64,000 nt of DNA, taken from NCBI GenBank assembly GCA_000708835.1, contig DF237230.1, forward strand, positions 49,363 through 113,362, given 5' to 3'. This document shows, piece after piece, positions 47,889-61,072 of the stretch. The stretch comes from Klebsormidium nitens (Eukaryota; Plantae; Klebsormidiophyceae). The number at the start of each line of letters is the position of its first letter. Position 1 is the first letter of the stretch. The notes under the pieces are model-generated. The model did no database searches, had not been told where the DNA came from, and worked only from the letters and a program-made list of their open reading frames with translations. A program made the translations under genes and the position numbers.

Positions 47889-49228
47889 GTGGTGCAAATA
47901 AAATCACAAACTGACTTCATTGAATACTGAGACGAGACTCAGTGCAGATTGATCTTGCAGGGCCTAGTGGCGTGTAACATAGTAGATACAAAGATCGGCC
48001 GGGTCGGACGTTTCCGATGTTTTCAAGCATGTACTGACCTCCAGTCTTCAACGCAACTCGAAATCGGACTGTCTAAAGATACAATCATGTGAGCGCTGCG
48101 CCAGGGTGTTGGGCGGCCGGGCCCGGGCGAGCCTGTTTCGACACAGCACTTGTGGCGGTTATTGGCATGCACCGTCGAGCCCATTATGACGATGCGCAGC
48201 CTTGCAGCAGCTGAGCAGGGCTGGGACCCGGCATGCAGAGCATGGCAGACTCAGAACTTACATGCGCATGCCCTCCGACACTGATCTCAGCTATGCTAGG
48301 CCAAGATCGATATATCAGATTGCGGAGTGTTCAAGTTACTCTTGTGCGTACTCTATCGATCCAGCCGCCTAGCTAGGCGACTGGCCAGCGCGGCCGGGCA
48401 AGCGTCCGACACCAAGTCATCATTACTAGCATGCAGCATGCACTGACTTGACATCGGATTGGTCTGATCCAAGCGGCCCGGCAACTTCATGTGAGGCCGA
48501 TCTACTGCCGCCATGTCGAAACGCGTTGAATGCTTGCGGCCCGGTCCATGCAGTTCGGTCGGAGGGTGCATGGTCTCGATCTTTTCGTTGTAACGCCGTA
48601 GCCAGTACGGCCATATTAGGCTTCTCACGGCATACAATTGTTGACAATCCTCATCAGCTCGTTGCTGCAGTCACTGCAGCAACCGTCGAGTGGCAGAGAC
48701 GGCGGCCTGCATACATGCACATGATCAGCATGCGCACACCGCGGCCGGCCCGGACTTGCATGAGTGCATGACACCGAAGCATGCATGCAGTGAATATCGA
48801 CGGTGATCGAATCTCCTATTGGAAGCATCATCATGTAGGCCAGGCGGCTTCTAAGCCCATTCGATCCCGAACGTAAGTTTGAAACATCATTTGAATAGCA
48901 TGTGCATATTCGGAACACGAAGGAACACTATACCTACATCGACACTGTATACAAGAATGATCCGCCCATGCTGCGCTAGTAAGCCTGGCAATCTGCCAGC
49001 AAGAAGGAGGCGGCACTAGAACTTGTGGGTGTACTAAGAATCAGTAAGCGTAGCAACTCACATCTCAAGAAGGTTGGATGTCATTTAGAAACTCATATAC
49101 TTTACTAACTAAAAACCGGAGGTGTGCTACTTGAATCCTCCGAATCTATCCTGGGCCCTAGGCACTTGAAACAACAAACACGTTCTATGGCCTGTATTGT
49201 CAAATGAACCATACTTAGAGGTCAAGTG

Positions 49229-52200
49229 TCAGAACGAAGGTACCATTGCAGGCACACCGCTGCCCCTCCATCCAGGGCCCGTCCATTTGGGTCCCCTCTT
49301 TGCTTCCCCGAGCCCAACTTGCTCCTCGTTTCTCATCCGTAGCAGCTCAACCGGAATTTGCACGTCCCTCAGCGCCAGACTCTTCACCACCGCATCCTTT
49401 GAAAGCCACTCCCGCATTGGCCCAGCCGCCGCCACCAACCGCCGCTCGTCCTCCCGCGACACCACAAACGGCGCCCCGAGCCCCGCCAGCTTCGCCATCA
49501 CTGCCCGCCGGACCGCACCGTTACCACTTGCAGACAGGTTGCCGCTCACGACCTCTTGTCCTGCGCCTGTGAAAACGGCCAACCCGTACGGGAGCATCGC
49601 CTGTGGCCGCCGGAACTCAATCACCACTTCCCCGAGCCACATCAAAAGCATCGCCTCCGCACCCCCGACGCTCAGTCCCCGCACGTCGAGCGCCCACTCT
49701 TCCGGCGTCACCACGAGTGCGCTCCCATAAAGCCCAAACCCTCTCGCAAGCTCGACTAACCTCCCCGCACGTTTCCGCAGCCCGAGGCTCCACGTCGCGT
49801 CGAGCAGCGCGTTCGCCCAGCTCTCGGCCTTCTCGCGGCCCAACTTTGCGAGCCCGCCGACCGCGCGCCCGACCTCCGCCCACACTAGTTCTCCGGCCTC
49901 GGGGGACGTCAGCACAGAGTGCGCAGGAAGCGCGAGGCCGCACGCGCCTTCGGCGCCCTTCGCGTCCCCCTCGGCGGCCCCCCCGAGCGCCCGCAGAAGC
50001 GGCCCCGCCGCAGCCCAGTTACCGTCCGAATTCGCCACTGCGGACAGAACCGCCGTGCACACTTCCCGGTCCGGTTCTAGTTTGCACACCTGGCGCATCT
50101 CCCAGAGAGCGGCGGCAGCTTCCCGGACGAAACCCCCCTGCCCGAACGACTCGATAAGTGCGGCGTAACCGATGAGCCCCGGTTGGTAACCCCGGCGGCG
50201 CATCTCGGCAAATGTGTCCTTGGCCTTTTTGAACCAGCCGCCGCGGCCGTAGGCGCCGATGAGGGCGGCCCAGGCGCGGGGAGTGGGCTCCATGTTGCGC
50301 TTCTCCATCTTCTGGAACGTGCTCTCGGCCTCAAGCTGCTTGCCGTTCCTGTTGGGAGAAGATGGATGATTAGTGGACTGTTGATTGGATCCCACTCAAG
50401 GAAAACCAGTTCTGAACGTTGGATGTCCACGAATTTGGAAAAGGATGAACCAACAGAATACGACCCAATTGCAACGGCCAGAATCGTTTCGATGTGTCTC
50501 TTGGACATTACACGCAAATCGACAAGTTGGCTCTGATGAAGAAATATTCTCGACCAGAATCAAGTCCGTCAGCAATCGAAGAGCCGTCAGTCAAACGGAC
50601 AAACAAGCCGTCCAGAAGCTGCACATCCAGAATTGCATGGAAGTTTGGGAAGAGCAAGCAACCGCACCATCGAATCGAAAACCAACTCTGACTTCCAAAC
50701 GACTGATCCCAAAATTCACCATACCTGCCGTAAGCTTCAAGGAGAGCAGTGAAAGCCGCCACTGTTGGTCGGGTGCGAGCGTTGAGCATGTCGGAAAAGA
50801 CGCGCCCCGCTTCGTCCGGCTTCCCCGCAGCTCCGAAAGCCTCGATCAGGACCGTATATGCGCGTGTAGATCCGCGCGCGCCGCAGACCGCCAGCTGGCG
50901 CAGCGTCGCCAGGCCCTCTGAGAGGCGGCCGCCGGTGACGTAGGCCTCAATGAGGCACTCGTAGTCCTGGAAAAGATGGACAGGGAGATGTTACAACGAA
51001 AACGCAACTGCAGAAGCCAGAAGCAGGCAACTCGTTGACTTTCTTTCAAGAAAAGCGTTCTCTTTAACACATCAGACTGTTTTCACAATTACAAGACCTT
51101 CAGCTTCGCTTTGAGAACGCTAAAAACTCGAAACTTGTGTTCCTTGCAGCTTCTAATCCAGCAAACACAATCCTAACCCGCCTGCACGCTTCCCAAACGC
51201 AGAATCGGGCTTCCGACGCCTAAAAGTCTCCAGAGGAGGCCCTCACAAACTTGTCAATACATGCAGTTTGCCCACCGCAGACTCGCATGCAACCAACAAC
51301 CGAGCCTTTGAGAACCCTTACCTTGCCGTTCGGGTCCAAACCCGCAGCCACCATATCCTTCCTGAGCGTCTCCGCTTCCCTCCAAAGCCCTTCCCTGGCG
51401 TAGAGCTCCAGCAGAGCTAGGTACGTCTTGCGCAGCGGAACCGCGCCTGCGGCGCGCATGTCGTGCAGCACCTTCTGCGCACCCGCCACCATCTTCTGGT
51501 CGCACAGCGCCGCAACGAGCTCGTGGAAGCGGTCCATGTCGGGCTTGAGGCGGTCCACAGTCTGCAAGTTCAAATTATTTGAGAGTTCAAGCCGCTGAAA
51601 AAAGGCCTTTGGTGTTTACCAGGATTTACCCAACGTCAAAAATCTTCACCAAATATCTGAGATGCCAAACGCGCACCTTTCACAACAAAGGCTCCAATGA
51701 GGGCGAAGCAGTTGGAAACGGAAAATGGGATAAACACAGAAGAAGGTTCTATCCCAAATTGGGAGAACGAAGAAACGACGAGCAAAAATCACAGACACAA
51801 AGGTTGAAAGAACAGCGTCAACAATATATCTCACGATGGCAAGTTGGAAAAAGGTGCAAGCATCTGTACTTGGACAAAGCTGAGGTAGAAAGCAAGGCTG
51901 CAAAGTAAAAAGCAATCGAGCATTTTATGACAATGACATCAAGGTAAAGGGAAACTAGAAAGAAACGCATTCTAAAACAGCCAACCCACCTGCATCTCGT
52001 CAAACAGCTGCAACACCTCCCCCAGGGGCACTCCCCCCCTCACACACGCGTCAGTCACCTTCCCATACGTGATGAGGTCAGGGGGGGCGCTTGAGTGCCG
52101 CATGCGCTGCAGAAGCGCACGGGCCCGCGCGTGGTCGCCAGCGTTCGAGAGCACGCCCATAAGAGCGTTGTAAGCGAACTGGTCTTGCTCGAGACCTGAC

Positions 52201-54650
52201 TCAGCAATCTCCTCGAACAGCTGGATGGCGAGGGCGGTGCGAGCGGTGCGCTCCTGGTGGGGAGAAGAGAGATTTTTAGGGGCAGCATTGCAACAAACAG
52301 ATTCTGAGACGGTGTCCCTTGGCCAGTCTGTATGTCCAGTGGTGGTCGTTCTTGATACTGCCCAAAAAGCAGAGCTTACGCCTTTGCCCAACGATGATTT
52401 AGTTCTGCGAGTTCCATGAGTTTGTGTGAGTGGTGCATGTGTTCACAATCTTTCAAAGAGAGGTAGCCAACTTGAATTCAGATGTCCAACCCTCTGATAG
52501 TCTTGACAATGTGATACCTTCGTGCTAACCATTTGTGACTAACAGGCATGTTGCTTTAACTCCACGACGCATTCCATGCTTAATAGATCACCACATGAAG
52601 TTGAGGCCCTGAACAAATCCACAAAACAAAAGTAACCCCAAATGCATGCAAGCTGAACAAACAAAGAAGCCCCACATGATGTCCGGGCCCTGAACAAAAC
52701 CAAGAATGACGACACATTCCTGAAACCATCACTTCACCGCCACCCCCCTCACCTGCTGGGCAATATCGTCCATCTCCTCAATCTCCTCCACCTTCTTCCC
52801 CCCCAGAATGGTGATCACGGTCGTGTACGTCCGCTCGTCGGGCCTGCAATCCACACCCTCCAGATACGCCGCTTTCATCAGCGTGAACACGGCCCACGCG
52901 TCCTTCCACCCCCGGGTCATCCCCGCCGTTTGGATCACCTTGTTCCACTCCCTCACATTCAGCTTCCGATCCACCCCCCCGCCGAGCGCAACCCTCACGC
53001 TCGCCCCCTTCTTCAGCATTGCCAGGACATGGGAAACCTGACCCCCCCACTCCGTGGTACCCCCCCCACCGCTTGTCTTGCGCCGGAAGCCCCGCCTGTA
53101 CTCTTCCTGCGCAAGCGCCCCCCCTTGGAAACCCCCCTCCTCGAAGCCGGTCACTGAGCTGTCACTGCTGAGGTCAGCGAAGCCCCGGGTGAGGTCAGCA
53201 AAGCCCCTGGCAGTTTGGCGGAGGCTCTCAACTGTGAAAGAGTCAGAGAAGTCACTGCTGTTCCGGCCCTCGTAAGAGGTGGAAGCGCCGTCGCTAGACC
53301 TCACTTCTGGCACTCCGTAAGCCCTTTCCAAAGCAGGACGCTGATTAGTTACATTCCGCCGGGGGTGCTCGGTCGCGCTCGACTCATCTTGCCAAAACCC
53401 AGTGCTGCTGACAGCGGGTGGGAACTGATCCCCCCTGACCCTGTTCCAGGGGTCTCTCCCAGTCTGCCGCCGATCCTCTTCCTCATCTTCGGATGAACCC
53501 CCCAGACCAAGACTGCTGGGGAGCATGTCGAGAATGTCTAAGTCAAGGCCGTCCTTCGCAAGAGAAACCTCAAGAGAATTCCTCGGATGCTGCTTGTGGG
53601 GAACCTGCAAGTAGACAAGATTAAAGTAAGGGGCCGGTCGCAGGGGGAACACGAGAAGGGGAAAGCTGTGGACTGCATGGTAAAAGCGCTTGACCTTAAA
53701 TAGTTTCTTTTTTGATAAACATATAAATCATGCAATACAATAAGGATAAAAGGATGACTTCTGACAAAAATGCTAGATGCAAAAGTGCAGGTCCAGGTTG
53801 TGGTACCTCTGAAGACCAGAGAACAAGAACTTACGGAAGGAGTGCCAAAGTTTAACTGAAGGGGGCCTTTGAATCCGGAAAAAGCAACATTCAACAAACC
53901 CTTTCTGTCATGCAAAATTACGGTCCACTGGTAAATTCCAGCGAGCAGAGGGCAACTTCGACAACTTCAAGTCGAAAGCGTGGAACATGCCACGGCTAAA
54001 AGAACAACATAGCATGGACATGTCCATTCTTTCAGGTCGCTTCAGACTCTCCTGACGACCAATCTTGCTGAGGCCAGCGAGTTTACCACAGCATACCAAC
54101 AACAAATTCTATCCTTATTCAATGATGTACCCAGTAAAGCCTTTTTGATATAGAACGGTTTTGTCAACACCATGCTTGCAGCTCTGCTGTATGAGAAAGC
54201 ATGCCGAGCACACGCTTTGATCTGAGAGCTTAGATTCAAAGGCAATGAAGCAGAGAGAGGATGTTGAACAAAGCATTAGGCCTAGGAAGAAAACCCTGGT
54301 AACAACATGGCCCTCACCTGCACATTTGCACTGGCAGACCCTCGTGGGTGTAACAGATCCAGGCTCGTCCTCCGCCTCTCGTTAGCGACATCAACACCAG
54401 CTCCCCATTGATTCACACCGCTAGGTTTTGCTTGATGATGTGCAGGGTAGGTCGTCTTCTCCCCTCCTCCTCTTTGTATTGGGTTAGCATGGTTCTTTGT
54501 TTTGCTGGACTGCAGAGAGTGGACGGTGCCCCCTGCTCCCAGGCTGCTCGGGTGCGCTGGAATGAAGGCCGCACCGCCCATGGGGGGGAGCTTGAACGAC
54601 TGTTGCCGGGAGAAGGACCCCGGAGCCGCGTTCATCAGTATGGACGACAT
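49229..54650 (-). CDS. P-class PPR protein with C-terminal SMR domain (pTAC2/GUN1/EMB1270-type), ~1016 aa, probably organellar
   Basis: Exons 54650-54318, 53604-52753, 52253-51990, 51561-51322, 50966-50725, 50348-49229, in frame. About 12 PPR motifs (e.g. AYNALMGVLSNAGDHARARALLQRM, AWAALIGAYGRGGWFKKAKDTFAEM). SMR motifs WALDVRGLSVGGAEAMLLMWL...VFTGAG...LGAPF. Ser/Gly-rich transit-peptide-like N-terminus. Confidence 0.9.
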
Positions 54651-56175
54651 CGTGTCAAAAGCTGCAGAACTGCTGGCAGGTAAGCCTCAATTAGCAAAAA
54701 CGTCGATGTTTTGGGAACTGAAGGAGCAGCGCGATTGAACTTCTAAGTAAAACTTGCCCTCTCTCTTCTGCTGAATGCTCAGCACACGTTGGGCTGCTGG
54801 GTTGCGAACTTGGTGAATCAACCTCAAATTGATAGGGTCCACCGTGCTGGCAGTACAAGAAATGTCTGCTTTGGATAAAGAAACCCTCCTGGCCCCTTAT
54901 TGCGAGCAATGCCGACCCCAACTTGTGAAGAAGGGTTGCCTCCGGAATAATTGTGAACAATTGTTGACCCTCGTATTGCCCCTGCAGATATGCTGGGGCC
55001 TCAGCTGCAGAAGATTGAAACTGCTGGCAATCTGGATCCAAGATCCAGCATTTCAGAAGCTCCTATCACTGCGTTCACAGTTCAATATCTACTCCACCTT
55101 GATACCGTTCACCGTCTCTGCTACCCCTCCCTCCCTCGCAGCCACGGCCGCATTCTTCCTCCTTTCGCTTTGGAGCTCGGTAAAACTGAAAGGGTTTCCT
55201 TTTAGTTGGCTCCACGAGCAGCAAACCACGTCTGCTCTTCAGAGGAGGAGAACGGAAGCCATGGCTGGCAAGCTCCAGCTTGCTTGCACGCTGGATTTGC
55301 TGGTGCCACGCAAACCGAACCTTCGCTTTTGTTCATTGTTTCCGTCTCGTCAGCACTCGATATCCAAATCTCCCAAGCGAAGCCGTTCGATCTGCCTCGT
55401 CGGCAGCTCTCCGCCGTCCGTCCAAGATATGTTGGTCTGGGGGCCGGAATTTGGCCAACGAGGCAGGTTTTCCGGAGTTGCGTCACCAAAGCGCGGCCGC
55501 GGGCGCAAAGCTTGCGCCCTCCGGCCGACGCGCGAGTTTGTTCGAGCAGGTTTTAGAAGGGTTTTGAACCTGGGTTTGCCGCTGGATTAAGCTCATAACC
55601 TCAGAAATTAGGTACATCGACTACTCTTACAAGTTACCGGTATAAGCGGTAAACCCCCATTTTACAAAGAGCATTCCTGATTCAGAATCATCCCGGTATG
55701 TCACAGCTTGTTCAAGGAAAGAGAGTGGGGCGCTAGCCAAGAGAGGCTGCTTGTAGGAAATGGAGTGGACGGAGATGGAGTTGGTGCATGCGCAGCCTCT
55801 TCGGAAATGATCTCAATTGACTAAAAACTTTTGTAGGTCACCATTAAAATAAAAGTGCTCGGCAGAATGTGAACCGCTGAAGGCTGAGTTTGGATAGGTA
55901 TTCCCTCACTTCGGTCGTCTAGCAGTCTTTCTAAGAGCTCAAGTCCTTGAAGCACCCGAGGGTACATCAGAAAAAAAATCTCCTCTTTATGAAAGAAAAC
56001 AATCTCCTCAATCTTCTGAAAACGTGCTGGAGAAAGAGGATCAGATGCTGCTTTGTGTAGCACTGGGGTAAATCTTGCTAAAAGCAGATGGAGACACTGC
56101 AGTAGTCACTTTATATTTTAGGGTTGGATTTGAGAAATTTCAGCCGCTGACGGGATGGCTGGTCAACCGCCTGCA

Positions 56176-59100
56176 ATGGAGGTCCCAGAAGATGCGGCGA
56201 TTCAGAAAGTAGTGTGGGAGGGGAATTTCCCGCTGCGGATTCAATTGGAGGCCAAGGAAGTGACGACGCTGACACCACCACCTCCCCTCTTTGTAGGTGC
56301 CCCGGGAAAATGATTAAACTCTGTACATAGAATTATCCTATGTAGATTGCTTATATATGCAAATTGTGAGAGAAAGTGTTGAAATTTTATGTTTGTTTGA
56401 ACACTCATCGATCTCTGATTTTTGTATAATGTCCTTAAAGACTGTAAAGACTGGAGGACTTTGTTGCACCCTTTGAATCACAGTATATATTCAGATGGAG
56501 GGAGTGCAGTATTGGGTAGCGATGTTGACAACTCTATTTAAAGCCTTAAAGAACCTGCCAATCTCTAGTTAGATTCTTGCTCATGTAATTCCCTCATCTT
56601 CTGAGCCAAACATGTTTCTTCCGGTCCTCTTTTATACCATTTTCCACGCGAATTTCACGGTCGGGAAAATAGAGTGCCTTTGGACTCAAGGTCTCCGATC
56701 TTTCTCCAAACCATTTCAGGCTGTCTTCATGTCATAGGAAGCTTTGGAGTTACCTCACAATAGCATTGGCACATCACCTTCGATAGCGAATCATGACTTT
56801 TGTTCATATGGAAGCATGCAATTGTCCACCGGTCATCACAAAATTGGACGATTTTGTATTCACTTTGAGAAGCCCTGGGAAGTTGGTTTTGTGAAGAGGT
56901 TCCTTGCAAAGAAGAAGTGGTCCGATGCTTAGTGCTTTCCAAGCAAGCTGTGGGCTTTGTATGCGATCTTGACGCAATTTGATCTCACATGGATGATTCA
57001 TGAAACTTCCCTTGGCTGTTCTCAGTCATCCTGGACCGGAATGTCATTCAAGCATTTACCTTCTGAATTCAAAAGATAGCAGTTAGAAGTCACCTTCTGA
57101 ATTCTAAATGTAGATGCGCAGCAATCTAAGACGCCGTTCTACACTTTTCCAGTTGATGGCGCCCAGGCTCGGCTATCTCCCCCTTCTCGCAAGCAAGATT
57201 GAACCTCACTTCCGGGCCGCTCTACCCCCCGGCACGGACGCGATCTGGTTTGAGTACCGAGGCCTCCCCTTGAAGTGGCACATCCCAACCGGCGTGCTGT
57301 ACGACCTGCTGGCGGAAGAAAAGACTCTACCTTGGCAGTTGACGGTGAGCGACTAGAAGAACTTGTTTCTCTCGTGGCTTCCCTGCTGAGAGATACATTC
57401 TGCTTGTGAGACGGGTCATCAAAGTTGGACAGAGCTGTGGTTTGCTCAGTCCCCTGTGCAATTCTGTTCCTGCTAGAGACCATCGTTTTTGGCGCTTTTT
57501 TGCGGCACGTCAGCTGTAATTGAGCAATAGTAAACCATTTGAGTTGCGATAAAACGAGATAACAACATCAGCTATGTTTTACTTCAATATTCCAGTTGCA
57601 TCCGGCCCAATCGTACTGTATTCACCGCCGACCAATCACGCGGACTTTTTTGCAGGTTCATTTTCGAACATATCCAAGTGAGCTCATTCCAATCGAGGGA
57701 GAGGAGACTGTGAAGTGGAGCTACATGAACGCTCTGAAAGAGGTAAGACAGCTTTCGAAACCAGTGTAGCTGGAGCACGAGCCTTGCTTGTCTGGACGCA
57801 CTTCAGTAACTATAGTACGTGTCTTGACCGGTCAACCTCGATCTTTAGATCGAGGTTGACTTTTGTTTTGAAAGCTACTCAGGTTGTTCAAATCGAAAGA
57901 TCGAGAGCCGCTTTTTTTGCTGCCACCTGTCGGTGCTGCGTCTTTAGAAACTTGGAATGAGACGATGCTCATAGTCGAGAATATGTCTATAGACAAGAGT
58001 ACGCGCGTTTCAAGAACGAAGAACGTGGATTTCTTGCATCCACTTCGTCCCCCTATTCTAACCCCCTTCTTGTCCACCTTGACTCATTCTGCTCATCGAA
58101 GTTACGGTTGATCCGTTCGTCAAGACTCGTCTTAATGCATCTCGTTTCGAAATACTTCGGTAGAAAGACCTTGGTAAAGCGCCAAAAACGCTAAAGGTCT
58201 TTCTACCGAACTCTTGGCGTTTTTAGCGCTAATGTTTATTATGGACGTATTCTTATTCCTGATGCTTCTCTTACAAAACCTGTTCCTGTGCCTTGTCCGC
58301 CAGGCAGTGTACATAATGCACGGGAGCACCAAGCCGGTGATGAGCCTGTCGCAGAAAGACCAGGAGGAGCTGTGGCGATCGCTCGCAGAAGGTGGGAATC
58401 ATCCTTCTCGGCTAGAGAATTTAGGTTTCCTCGCATGTGTGAGCGTAGGCCGGTCATTCTATCCAGACGAAGTCCCTTTTCCTCATAACAAACCCCTCTG
58501 GTCGATACTCTGCTGTTCGACGAAGACACGAAGATCCTTTTTGGGACCGTCATGCGAACATGCCGGCAGATCAGTCGAGTCTATCTTCGCCTTCTGTCTC
58601 AAGCGAGCAAGGGTTCTCTGTGGATGAACGATAACCATGAGCCGACCAACATCAAATGCGCAGAGAGGTTCTTCCATTTGGATAACGACCAGGACCGACC
58701 AGAAATGCTGTTCCATTCTGCGGTTCGCTAAGTCGTCCACGATCACAAAAGCACAAGTTTTCCTTTCCAGAGATCTCTACTCAAGAGGTTGGCCTCGAAC
58801 TCTGAGTTCAGCACTAAGAAACACACGCAAGTCTAGTTGCTAGGGATCCAAAGCTGTCCTGACCCGCTAGCTTTTCACTGGAAGACTCACTCTGCCGCAG
58901 GTGATTTCAACAGGCATACGAGCTCGGCCGCAAGTCTTGGCGTCAGCACCAGCAGCAGACCCCGGTCGGTTCCTCTGCGGCTGTACCTGAGACAAGCGGG
59001 GACCAGCGGCGCACATGTCAAGAAGTGGGAGGAGATTGCGGTTACGACGAGATGTGCTGACGTCATGGACAGCGGTGAGGCGTCGAACATGCCGCTTGGT

Positions 59101-60252
59101 GCGGCTGTCATAGGAGTGGGCGTTTCTGGACGGGAGACAAGCCTTCGGAATGGTGTGCTTTTAAAGAAGCAGAATAAGACGGGGTTATTTTTGGGTGAAT
59201 TGCATCGTATTCTACGCATTGTTTGTCTTTAAGAAAGTGTGTCAACAAAGTGCTCGACAGTCTGTCTTTCCTCGACCTCTTTCGCCGATCGCTGCCCGCT
59301 CGAAGTCTATTCTTTAATCCTGTGCGTCGATGGAAGCCTTTTCTGACCGCGAGCGTGGAATCTTGCCTTGTTTGCACGACCTTTGATCCGCTCGATCGAC
59401 TTTTGCGACGTCGAGAATAGAGAGTCTGTTTCGCCTATTAGCTAACTGATACTGGTCAATCGAGACACGTCATTCAGTAACACGTTGCTTAGACGACCTT
59501 GAGAAGGTGGTTGGACAACTCGAAAGGCGGGAACTCGGAGGAGTAGCATACTCTCTGACAAACTCACTTCCAATCGTGTATACTAGACATGCAGATCATG
59601 CCGTGCAGATACCGATCGCTCGTGGTCCGTTGACTATGTAACATCCGTCGGACGAATTCAAAGACACTCTGCTGAAGTAACGTGTCCTTTGTGTCACGTA
59701 GGCTCCCCGGCCACTCTGGGTGGAGCGCTTCACAAGGCCGTGCCGCACCTGTTCGACGAGGGCGCTTCGAACAACCTGCCCGCGCTCGCAACGGAGCTCG
59801 GCCGTCGAGTGAGCGGTCTCGAGATCGAACCGTCCACCAGCCGACGAAACAGCATCACGGAAGAGTTGACGGACAGCCCACGAGACACGTCGAGGAGGGG
59901 GTCTTCTGCGGAGTCGCCGGGGGGAGTGCCTTCCGCCGGAACAAGCGGAATGGTTCGTGAGACTTCGGAGGAGGGGAGCGGTGGAGTTGGAAGCGAAAGT
60001 ACGACTCCGCGGGGAAGCGAAGCGGGGGAGAGTGACGAAGCAAGCTTGGCCAAGAAGGAAGTCGGAGCGGAGGGCGGCGGTGAGGTGCACAGCGACGTGG
60101 TTGATCGGTCGTTCCCAAACGGTTTGGTGGTGCGAATACAAGGGACGGAGCCTCGATGGGATGTGCCTCTGAATTGGCTGAGCAGGAACCTGAGTCATCC
60201 GGACCACTTTCTGCACATAAGCGTCTGGAGACGAGAGGCTGGGCAAGAATAG
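56176..60252 (+). CDS. ATG5: Autophagy protein 5, ~402 aa
   Basis: Exons 56176-56292, 57153-57344, 57656-57742, 58304-58391, 58901-59074, 59702-60252. Motifs VWEGNFPLRI, PRLGYLPLL, IWFEYRGLPLKWHIPTGVLYDLL, LPWQLTVHFRTYP, YMNALKEA (ATG12-acceptor Lys), VRIQG..P..VPLNWL..NLSHPDHFLHI. Confidence 0.97.
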
Positions 60253-61072
60253 AGGTGTTTGACTGCGTAGCCAGTCCCCTGAAAGGAGTGGACACTGACG
60301 AAGCTAACGAGCTAAAAGCGCCTACGGAGCGCCTAGCGTGATCGCCATACTGAATTGCTCTTCTGGCATACAATTCGACCTTGTCCGGTCATCATGAGTC
60401 GATGCCCGGTCATCCCCAGTAGATTCATTATTGTGTTCGTCGCATGCAAGTATATAACCATGCATCATGGCATCCTGTTTATCACATGTTTACGTTCGAT
60501 CATTGGACTCTGCTGCGCAAGCTCATGCCACCATGATTGACTCAGTCACCGTTTGATTGCAATCGTCAGATCTGACCATAGCCTATAGTAGCATATGCAC
60601 ACATGCAGGTGACAGTGTCGTCAGAAAAACTGATGGTGCGCCATGAGCCAGTCATGCCGCGTAACTTTCACTATTGCAGGGCCACATGCCTAGCGCTGCT
60701 TTGTAGAAGTACTGGGTAGATCGACGGGACACCGGTAGCTAGGGCTATATGGTAATAGTGCATCAGGGCACCCATCCTATGTGTTAGTATGCTTACTCAA
60801 AGAACTCAAACATCATGCATATGGTCCAATGCTTGCGCGGCTGGCAGATTCCTTATACAGCCCAAACTGTAGGAATATATATACATCAGTTGTCAAGCGT
60901 GGAAAAATATCCATCTTTTCATGCAGAAACTGGTCCGTTCTCAATCAATCAGAGGACTACGGACATCAGGTTCTTCTCAGCATTGGAAATTGAGCTGTAA
61001 CGTCAATTGACTTTGGTCTCCAACAAGATCGAGGAGTCCGCCTGCGAATGAACCTGATCTTACTTCTGCGAG

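Noticed and set aside
49197-50157. Several 100-180 aa plus-strand ORFs
   Set aside because: Antisense shadows of the GC-rich last PPR-SMR exon.
54829-55590. 253-aa plus-strand ORF
   Set aside because: No recognisable domain or compositional coherence; it overlaps the probable PPR 5' UTR/promoter.
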